The notes beneath the pieces were generated by a model that had not been told where the DNA came from, made no database searches, and was given only the letters and a program-made list of their open reading frames with translations. Both the position numbers and the translations under genes were made by a program. Shown here in pieces: positions 9,933-16,908 of a DNA stretch of 64,000 bases. Each line of letters begins with the position of its first letter. Positions within the stretch are counted from its first letter, which is position 1. The stretch lies in the NCBI GenBank assembly GCA_015521565.1, contig WANX01000002.1, positions 7,308 through 71,307 on the forward strand. The letters run 5' to 3'. The stretch is from Candidatus Hydrothermarchaeota archaeon (GTDB taxonomy: Archaea > Hydrothermarchaeota > Hydrothermarchaeia > Hydrothermarchaeales > BMS3B).

Positions 9933-10417
9933 AGATAAAAATGATTGTAGAAGATCACTATGGTGGAGAATTTTTAAAGAGGGTAATTAATAGACTTAAA
10001 ATAGATGGAATGGTATCCAGAAATCTTAGTGTTCCAAAACCAAAACATTTACCTGCTTTATGTAATTCAAAACTCACCAGAATTTTGAAAAAATTTGATA
10101 ATACTTGTGATAAAATTTTAGTTTTCTTAGACTCTGATGGCCCACAAAATCTTAATGATAGATACGCAAAAACAGAATGTCATATCCCAAATAATATGTC
10201 AACTCCAGTAGAGATAGTTCTGACAGATTATGAAATTGAAGAGTGGATATGTATCAGTTTAGATTTAAGGTGGTATTTAAAACCTTCAGAAGAACTTAAA
10301 AAGAAATTTGGATATGAAAAAAGCCATCTAATTTCATATAGTGATAAATTAGACTTTGACAGGTTGCTAAAAGACTGTCGCTCCTTCAAGTCTTTCCTTT
10401 CCGCTTTAAAAACATAA
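9929..10417 (+). CDS. Small Toprim-like (DUF4276-like) protein, the predicted nuclease partner of the ATPase
   Basis: Overlaps the ATPase stop (ATGA). Has a conserved acidic strand (KMIVEDHYGGE) and a DxD motif after a hydrophobic strand (ILVFLDSDGP), the minimal Toprim signature found in OLD, GajA and AriB nucleases. Confidence 0.55.
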   Translation: MKIKMIVEDHYGGEFLKRVINRLKIDGMVSRNLSVPKPKHLPALCNSKLTRILKKFDNTCDKILVFLDSDGPQNLNDRYAKTECHIPNNMSTPVEIVLTDYEIEEWICISLDLRWYLKPSEELKKKFGYEKSHLISYSDKLDFDRLLKDCRSFKSFLSALKT

Positions 10418-10444
10418 ATGTACTGTAAATAAGTGGTTGTCGAA

Positions 10445-10454
10445 AAATAACATT
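10445..10454. repeat. Right copy of the 10-bp direct repeat (aaataacatt) flanking the AT-rich island
   Basis: Identical to 8347-8356. Confidence 0.5.
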
Positions 10455-10779
10455 CCGGCTCTAAGCTCTATTCTCAGCCTCACCTGGAAGTTACATTGAG
10501 TGACAACTCCGCATTATGCTTCATGGCAAGCAACAATCGAAGCAACAGGCGTACAAGACCACTTTATTACTGGCAGAGCTACCACTCGAACATCTCTTCC
10601 TTCTCGTGCAAAAGAAGCAGCGGTAAATATATATGAAAGCAGAGATAAGCTTAGACTGCCGACAGAGGCTGAAAAGCGGATTGTGCCTGCACCCGGCGGC
10701 ACTGCTGTTGTGGTCAGACCTGAAGCTCTGGTCAGAGGCTGGCATACGGCAGCAAATACAATTTAGAGGTGAACTTATC

Positions 10780-11487
10780 ATGGAAGCGGTGAGAACGGGC
10801 ATTCCGGGTATGGACAATCTGTTTTCAGCCGGAGGCTTTCCCAGAGGCAACAGCATCCTGCTCATAGGCGGTCCTGGAAGTGGAAAGTCCATCTTCGGTA
10901 TGCAGTACCTATACTCCGGTGCAAGGGAGTATGAAGAGCCGGGGATATACATAACCTTCGAGGAAACCCCCGAGAAGATAAAGAGGAACATGCTCGCCTT
11001 TGGCTGGGACCTGGATGAGCTTGAGAAAGAAGAAAAGCTCATAATAATGGACGCTGTGACCTACCGCATCTCCGGCGATGTGGATGAGGAAACGCTGCGC
11101 TCTGGTCTGGATGTGGACAACCTTATCGCAAATCTTGATGATGCCATCTCTGCAACAGGTGCAGAGCGCGTCGTGATAGACTCCCTCTCGGTAATGGGGC
11201 TCTATGCCCACGATGAGTTTGAGAAGCGCACAAAGCTGCTACGTCTTTCGAATCTGCTGAGCATGCGCAGAGTAACCAGCCTGGTGATAACCGAAGCAAG
11301 GAGTGCTGATATAGGGATAAAGGAGTTTCCCATCGAAACGTTCATGTTTGATGGCGTTATAACCCTTCGCCTGGATACTGAAACGCAGGAAAGGAGGATA
11401 TCAATACGCAAGATGCGTGGCACAAAACATGTCATAGGCTCCTTCAAGTTTGCAATAACCGACCGCGGAATAGAGCTTTCACCGTAG
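10780..11487 (+). CDS. KaiC/RadA-like RecA-superfamily ATPase
   Basis: Walker A LLIGGPGSGKS. Single KaiC-like domain architecture (GIPGMDNLF...YITFEE...). The start is set at MEAVRTG. Confidence 0.75.
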   Translation: MEAVRTGIPGMDNLFSAGGFPRGNSILLIGGPGSGKSIFGMQYLYSGAREYEEPGIYITFEETPEKIKRNMLAFGWDLDELEKEEKLIIMDAVTYRISGDVDEETLRSGLDVDNLIANLDDAISATGAERVVIDSLSVMGLYAHDEFEKRTKLLRLSNLLSMRRVTSLVITEARSADIGIKEFPIETFMFDGVITLRLDTETQERRISIRKMRGTKHVIGSFKFAITDRGIELSP

Positions 11488-12153
11488 GTGTCCGGAATGG
11501 ATGAGATTGTCGGGATAAGCGTGTTCGCAAGCGACCGGAAAGGTCTGCTTCGCGATGTGAGCACCGTAATAGCAGAACATGACGTAAATATAACCTACAT
11601 CCAGCAGTTCCTGCAGGATGAGGTGGTGCAGATATACTTTGAGCTTGAGGGCGTGCGTGACCTGGAGGGACTTAAAAAGGATCTGCTCGGTGTCAGCGAT
11701 GTAATTGAGGTGGAGGTGCACCGCCCCTTCCAGGATATATACGGAAAGCGGGTTATAGTCATAGGAGGTGGTGCCCAGGTGGCCCAGGTGGTGCTGGGCG
11801 CGGTGAGTGAGGCAGACAGGCACAACCTGCGTGGGGAGAGGATAAGCGTTGACACCATACCTCTGGTCGGGGAGGAGAAGATTGCCGAGGCTGTGAGGGC
11901 GGTGGGCAGACTGCACCGTGCTGCAATACTCGTGCTGGCGGGCTCCCTCATGGGCGGTAAAGTTAGCGAGGCGGTGCAGGAGCTGAAGGCAGACTACGGC
12001 ATACCCGTTATTTCACTGAACATGGCGGGCTCGGTGCCCGAGGTGGCAGACCTCGTGGTCACAGACCCTGTGCAGGCCGGTGTAATGGCGGTTATGGCCA
12101 TCGCGAGAACAGCGAGTTTCGACCTGGAGAAGGTGAAGGGGAAGAGGTTCTGA
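11488..12153 (+). CDS. ACT-domain protein, translationally coupled to the KaiC-like ATPase
   Basis: N-terminal ACT-like fold (ISVFASDRKGLLRDVSTVIAEHDVNITYIQQF) and a Gly-rich C-terminal domain. The previous gene's stop is immediately followed by this ATG. Confidence 0.5.
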   Translation: MSGMDEIVGISVFASDRKGLLRDVSTVIAEHDVNITYIQQFLQDEVVQIYFELEGVRDLEGLKKDLLGVSDVIEVEVHRPFQDIYGKRVIVIGGGAQVAQVVLGAVSEADRHNLRGERISVDTIPLVGEEKIAEAVRAVGRLHRAAILVLAGSLMGGKVSEAVQELKADYGIPVISLNMAGSVPEVADLVVTDPVQAGVMAVMAIARTASFDLEKVKGKRF

Positions 12154-12156
12154 GCG

Positions 12157-14784
12157 ATGCGGAAGATAGAGATTGCTGTTCTCTACCTGGCGCTCGCGGC
12201 GGCGCTCCTCTCCACCAGCCTGGTGGGTATTGCCACAGATTATCTGTGGTTTTCAGGCCTCGGATATGCGCAGGTGTTTGTGAAGGTGTGGAAGACCCGC
12301 CTGGGGCTTGGTATTCTGGCAGTATTCCTCTTTCTCGCCACAGCCTATGTGAACTACCATGCTGCCAGAAGGCTTGGTGCACATGTGAGGCGCTCAGTGT
12401 ATTTTGCCGCTGCTCTGCCTCTGGGTTTTCTGCTGGGAATATATGCATCCCGGGGATGGGAGCTCCTGCTGTGGTACACGAACGCTGCACCCTTTGGCGT
12501 TGCCGACCCTGTTTTTAACATGGATGTGGGATTCTACATCTTCCGTCTGCCCTTCTACGAGTTCCTCCTGGGCATGGGCTTTCTGGCACTTGTCTTCCTC
12601 GCCGTGCTCACAGCAGTGGTGTACCTGTACGGCGCAGGTGTGCTGCTCAGGGAGCGGCTCCTCGGGGAGGTTGCCTTCGAACTTCCGGCGCAGGCGAAGC
12701 TGCACGCCAGCGCAATAGCCGGTGCCTTTGCGCTCCTGTTTGCAGCCAGGTTCTACCTTTCCCGCTACCGGGTGCTCTTCACACAGAAGGACACTTTCTT
12801 CGGCGCAGGATATGCGGAGGTGAAGGTTTACCTTCCAATCCTGGAGCTTCTTGTTGTGCTCTGCACTGCCACTGCACTGCTCCTCTTCGTCTCCCGAAAG
12901 CTCGGAACAAAGCCCGCGGCTGCGGTGGCTGCGCTCACTGTGGTTGTCGCAATAGGTGGAAGCTTCATAACAGGAGCAGTGCAGCACTATCAGGTTGCAC
13001 CAGACGAGTTCAACTACGAGCGTCCTTACATACAGCACAGCATAAAGTTCACCCGTCTCGCGTACAACCTTGAAGACATAAAGGAGGTGGAGTTTCCAGC
13101 AACCCAGAATCTGAGCTTTGCAGATATACAGAACAACCCTGAAACAATAAAAAACATCCGTCTGTGGGACTACCGCCCCCTCAAACGCACACTGGAGCAG
13201 CTTCAGCTGATACGCACCTACTACGCTTTCAACGACGTGGATGTGGACCGGTATGTGCTCAACGGTGAGTACAGGCAGGTCATGCTCGCAGTGAGGGAGC
13301 TGAACACCGAGCAGCTTGCAGGCCCATCTCTGACCTGGGTGAATGAGCACCTGGTGTATACCCACGGGTACGGGATAGCCATGACCCTTGCGAGTGAGGT
13401 CTCACCAGAGGGTCTGCCGGTGTTCGTGGTTAAGGACATACCGCCGCGCTCAGAGTACATAAACATCACCCGCCCTGAGATATACTATGGGGAGCTCACC
13501 AACAGTTACGTTATAGTGAGGACGCGAATGGAGGAATTCGACTACCCACGCGGGGAGGAGAATGTCTACACCACCTACGAAGGGGACGGAGGGGTGGTCC
13601 TCGACTCGGGGATTAAACGCCTGGCCTATGCCCTGCGCTTCGGCAGCGCCAAGATATTCCTCAGCAACTCCATCACGGAGGAGAGCAGAATAATGTACTA
13701 CAGAAACATCCGCGAGCGCGTGAAGAAGCTCGCTCCCTTTCTGGCGTACGACAGCGACCCCTACCTGGTGGTTGCGGATGGCAGGCTCTACTGGATAATA
13801 GACGGCTACACAGTAAGCAGCAATTTTCCGTATTCTGAGCCCACCGGTAATATAAACTATGTGCGCAACTCCGTCAAGGCGGTGGTGGATGCCTACTCGG
13901 GAAGGGTCAGCTTTTACATCGCAGACGATGAGCCTGTGATAAGAACCTACGCCAGGGCCTTTCCGCAGCTTTTCAAACCTCTTGAGGAGATGCCCTCCGA
14001 GCTGAGAAGGCATATTAGATATCCCGCTGACTACTTCCTGATACAGGCCCGGAAGTATGCCACCTACCACATGCAGGATGCAAGAGTGTTCTACAACAGG
14101 GAGGATGTGTGGAACATACCCGAAGAGCTCTATGAGGGCAACAGGGTGAAGATGGAGCCCTACTATCTGATAACAAAACTGCCCGGGGAGGAAAAGGCGG
14201 AGTTCATTCTGATGCTGCCCTTCACACCCAGAAACAAGAACAACCTGGTGGCGTGGCTGGCGGCGCGCAGCGACGGCGACAACTACGGGGAGCGCATCGT
14301 CTACCTCTTTCCCAAGGAGAAGCTGATCTACGGCCCGATGCAGATTGAGGCCAGGATAGACCAGAATCCTGAGATCTCCCAGTATTTCACCCTCTGGGAC
14401 CAGGCAGGCACGCGCGTAATAAGGGGCAACCTGCTCATAATACCCATCCGAGATTCACTGCTCTACGTGGAGCCGGTGTTTCTCAGAGCAGAGCAGAAGG
14501 ATGCGATTCCGGAGCTGAAGCGCGTCATAGTGGCCTTTGGAGAACGCATAGCCATGGAGGAGACGCTGGACAAGGCTATTGGGAGGGTGTTCGGTGCCGC
14601 TCCGGAGATGCCGGTGGAGGCTCCGCCTGCACCAGAGAAACCCGGAAGCAGGGAGGAGGTTATAGAGCAGCTCATACAGCGCTACGCCTCTGCGAGGGAG
14701 GCGCTGCGCAACGAAGACCTGGTGGGCTTTGCCAGGGAGTTTGAGGCTATTGGAAGACTCCTGGAAGAGCTCAGGGGTGAGTGA
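12157..14784 (+). CDS. UPF0182-family large membrane protein
   Basis: 875 aa with about 7 N-terminal TM helices followed by a large soluble domain. The size and organisation are typical of UPF0182 (COG1615). Confidence 0.7.
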   Translation: MRKIEIAVLYLALAAALLSTSLVGIATDYLWFSGLGYAQVFVKVWKTRLGLGILAVFLFLATAYVNYHAARRLGAHVRRSVYFAAALPLGFLLGIYASRGWELLLWYTNAAPFGVADPVFNMDVGFYIFRLPFYEFLLGMGFLALVFLAVLTAVVYLYGAGVLLRERLLGEVAFELPAQAKLHASAIAGAFALLFAARFYLSRYRVLFTQKDTFFGAGYAEVKVYLPILELLVVLCTATALLLFVSRKLGTKPAAAVAALTVVVAIGGSFITGAVQHYQVAPDEFNYERPYIQHSIKFTRLAYNLEDIKEVEFPATQNLSFADIQNNPETIKNIRLWDYRPLKRTLEQLQLIRTYYAFNDVDVDRYVLNGEYRQVMLAVRELNTEQLAGPSLTWVNEHLVYTHGYGIAMTLASEVSPEGLPVFVVKDIPPRSEYINITRPEIYYGELTNSYVIVRTRMEEFDYPRGEENVYTTYEGDGGVVLDSGIKRLAYALRFGSAKIFLSNSITEESRIMYYRNIRERVKKLAPFLAYDSDPYLVVADGRLYWIIDGYTVSSNFPYSEPTGNINYVRNSVKAVVDAYSGRVSFYIADDEPVIRTYARAFPQLFKPLEEMPSELRRHIRYPADYFLIQARKYATYHMQDARVFYNREDVWNIPEELYEGNRVKMEPYYLITKLPGEEKAEFILMLPFTPRNKNNLVAWLAARSDGDNYGERIVYLFPKEKLIYGPMQIEARIDQNPEISQYFTLWDQAGTRVIRGNLLIIPIRDSLLYVEPVFLRAEQKDAIPELKRVIVAFGERIAMEETLDKAIGRVFGAAPEMPVEAPPAPEKPGSREEVIEQLIQRYASAREALRNEDLVGFAREFEAIGRLLEELRGE

Positions 14785-14790
14785 CCGGAA

Positions 14791-15147
14791 ATGTTAGTGC
14801 TGTTGCTTCGCATCCTGGCCTTTCTGCTCGCGGTATATCTGCTCTGGAGGCTGCTCACAGAACTTTACACCGCCATCAGAGAGAGGAGGCCCGCGAGGAT
14901 GCCAGCACGGCGGGTGGTTGAGCCCCGTGTTGAGAGTCTTACCGAGGGGGGCAAAAAGGTGCTGCGCGTGTATCTGCCCGGCGTAGCCTCCGAGAGGGAT
15001 ATATCCCTTAAGGTGCTCAGCGAGTCCATAGAAGTACGCGCCAGCTCACCCCGGGAGAGCTTCTTTAAAATAATCCCCAAGGGGGCAAAGCACAGAATCC
15101 GAACCAGGAGATTTAAACCCCCTGTGCTGGAGATAGAGATGGAATAA
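14791..15147 (+). CDS. Hypothetical membrane-anchored small protein
   Basis: N-terminal TM helix (LVLLLRILAFLLAVYLLWRLL) and a beta-rich tail of about 70 aa. Confidence 0.4.
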   Translation: MLVLLLRILAFLLAVYLLWRLLTELYTAIRERRPARMPARRVVEPRVESLTEGGKKVLRVYLPGVASERDISLKVLSESIEVRASSPRESFFKIIPKGAKHRIRTRRFKPPVLEIEME

Positions 15148-15180
15148 AAAAAGGTTGGCTGGTGCCTACCACCAGCTTAT
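15148..15180. terminator. Hairpin (gctggtg-ccta-caccagc) with a flanking A/T run, lying between convergent genes
   Basis: 7-bp perfect inverted repeat immediately after the plus-strand stop at 15147. It overlaps the stop of the minus-strand small ORF and is followed by A7 on the plus strand, which is T7 for the minus-strand transcript. Confidence 0.4.
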
Positions 15181-15336
15181 AACCCTGTCCGCCTCGAATA
15201 TCTTGTCCACAAGTGCGGAGTAGTCCTTGTTCTTGTAGAGCTCAAAAACCTCCACGTCCGCCTCCTGCTTGTGGACCTCGATTATCTCCTTAACCCTGTC
15301 ACTTGGCTCGGACCGCAGAATCTCCAGAACCTTCAT
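15166..15336 (-). CDS. Small hypothetical protein (56 aa), last gene of the DsrE-like operon and not in the six-frame track
   Basis: ATG at 15336 down to TAG at 15166. Translation: MKVLEILRSEPSDRVKEIIEVHKQEADVEVFELYKNKDYSALVDKIFEADRVISWW. Lies 12 nt downstream of the preceding gene. Confidence 0.3.
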   Translation of the reverse strand: MKVLEILRSEPSDRVKEIIEVHKQEADVEVFELYKNKDYSALVDKIFEADRVISWW

Positions 15337-15348
15337 CCAAACCACCTC

Positions 15349-15654
15349 TCAGTAGGGTATTATGATATCATACTCCAGCATCTTCTTTGCCATCTCTTCG
15401 ACACTCATCTCATCGATGTACTCGCTCTTCTCCACATTCTTCGGGTTGTTGCTCACAACCAGGCCACCGTTGTCCTTTATCCACTCCAGGTTCTCTGCCA
15501 CGTCGCCACGCTCAACGTCGTACTCCACATCGATAATCATTAAACTCGGGTCGTTGCCGCCGAGCATCGTGCCCAGGGCGGAACGGCTCGCCTCCTCCTG
15601 CACATACCCATCCTCGCTGTTGCTGATAAATACCACAGAGACCATCATCCTCAC
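15349..15654 (-). CDS. DsrE/DsrF/TusB-like small protein (sulfur-relay fold)
   Basis: 101 aa. VVFISNSEDGY start typical of the DsrE/DsrF family. Tandem with a second family member. Confidence 0.5.
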   Translation of the reverse strand: MRMMVSVVFISNSEDGYVQEEASRSALGTMLGGNDPSLMIIDVEYDVERGDVAENLEWIKDNGGLVVSNNPKNVEKSEYIDEMSVEEMAKKMLEYDIIIPY

Positions 15655-15657
15655 CTC

Positions 15658-15981
15658 CTAAAACACCACATACCTGTCAACTTCCTTCATCATGTTGGCA
15701 TTGAAGTCCTGCGTGGTTTTCTGTATTCCCTCCGGCACTTCGTACTTCTCCGCCAGGCCGAGCTCTTCAAAGCTGTGCCAGCACATGCCCACAGTTGCTC
15801 CTGCCCTGACTATCTCCTTTGCATGCTCTGTGGGTACAAGCCTAACACCCGGTCCGGTGAAGAACACCTTTACCTCGTGTCCCTTCTCTATGGCCGCCTT
15901 AACCAGGCCCTCCACATCCTCGCCGTGCTTGTCTGTGCAAACGAATACCCCAAGCTTTCCCATGGTAATCACCGATAACAA
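15658..15981 (-). CDS. DsrE/TusD-like protein
   Basis: 107 aa. MGKLGVFVCTDKHG... with a conserved Cys in the first strand, typical of DsrE/TusD. Confidence 0.55.
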   Translation of the reverse strand: MLSVITMGKLGVFVCTDKHGEDVEGLVKAAIEKGHEVKVFFTGPGVRLVPTEHAKEIVRAGATVGMCWHSFEELGLAEKYEVPEGIQKTTQDFNANMMKEVDRYVVF

Positions 15982-16168
15982 CTATGTCCCCCTTTATTTA
16001 AACTTTATTTTCATAAAAACCGAATTCAATTCCCCCGGTGCTTTCGCCTGCACAGCCATCTGAGATAATTATCGTCACCCTGGTGGATGGGCATTCAATT
16101 TCTCTGGGACAGAGCACAGAGTAAAGTATTTATATAAATTTTAATTACACATGGTGTGAGGTGGTAAC

Positions 16169-16906
16169 ATGGCTTGGCTGGCAAACTTTGTTGTAAATGT
16201 GCTACCGTATATAACCTTCATAGTTTTTGTAGTGGGGGTTATATACCGCATCGCAGTGTGGTGGAGCAGACCATCGCCTGCGCCGATACCGGTGTTCCCG
16301 GGTCAGCGAACAGTCGGCAGCGCTATATCGAGGGTGCTGGCGGACGTGATAATCTTCCGCTCCCTGTGGCAGTTCCCCGGCAACCGCATCCTCTGGCTCG
16401 GTGCGTGGGTGTTCCATGTGAGCTTCCTCCTGATACTCCTGCGCCATCTGCGCTACTTCCTGGGTGAAGAGGCTGTGCCTGGCTGGGTTGCTGCGGTGCA
16501 GAGCCTCGGTATAGCAGCGGCGCTGGTGATAAGCGTGCCCCTTCTCTACCTGCTGATACGCAGAATTGTGCACGCCGACCTGAAGTTTATTTCCACGCCG
16601 GCGGACTACTTTGTGCTTCTTCTGATTCTCAGCGTGGTGCTCTCTGGCCTGTACGCAAAATACTTCTCAACACCCTTCGTGGTTGACGTGAAGTACGTGA
16701 TGCGCAGCCTCATGGCGCTGAAACCGGTGGATTTAAGCACTGTGACGCTTAACACGGCCTTCCTGGTGCACTTCTTCCTGGTGCAGGTGCTGGTGATGTA
16801 CATACCCTTCAGCAAGGTGATGCACCTGGGCGGGATCTTCTTTTCTCCCACACGCACCCACCACTTTGGTGGTGAGGCGCACACAAAGAAGCTGGAGGAG
16901 GCCTGA
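16169..16906 (+). CDS. HdrE/DsrM/NarI-like membrane di-heme cytochrome b subunit
   Basis: Five TM helices with His pairs placed as in the NarI fold. Immediately followed by the HdrD-like gene (stop and ATG separated by 2 nt). Confidence 0.7.
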   Translation: MAWLANFVVNVLPYITFIVFVVGVIYRIAVWWSRPSPAPIPVFPGQRTVGSAISRVLADVIIFRSLWQFPGNRILWLGAWVFHVSFLLILLRHLRYFLGEEAVPGWVAAVQSLGIAAALVISVPLLYLLIRRIVHADLKFISTPADYFVLLLILSVVLSGLYAKYFSTPFVVDVKYVMRSLMALKPVDLSTVTLNTAFLVHFFLVQVLVMYIPFSKVMHLGGIFFSPTRTHHFGGEAHTKKLEEA

Positions 16907-16908
16907 AA

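Noticed and set aside
10500-10766. 88-aa ORF in the 360-bp spacer between the AT-rich island and the kaiC-like gene
   Set aside because: It has no motif or homology signal, no start context, and overlaps the 5' leader of the kaiC-like gene. More likely it is non-coding junction sequence. It could still hide a small RNA or a gene remnant, but I cannot support that from sequence alone.
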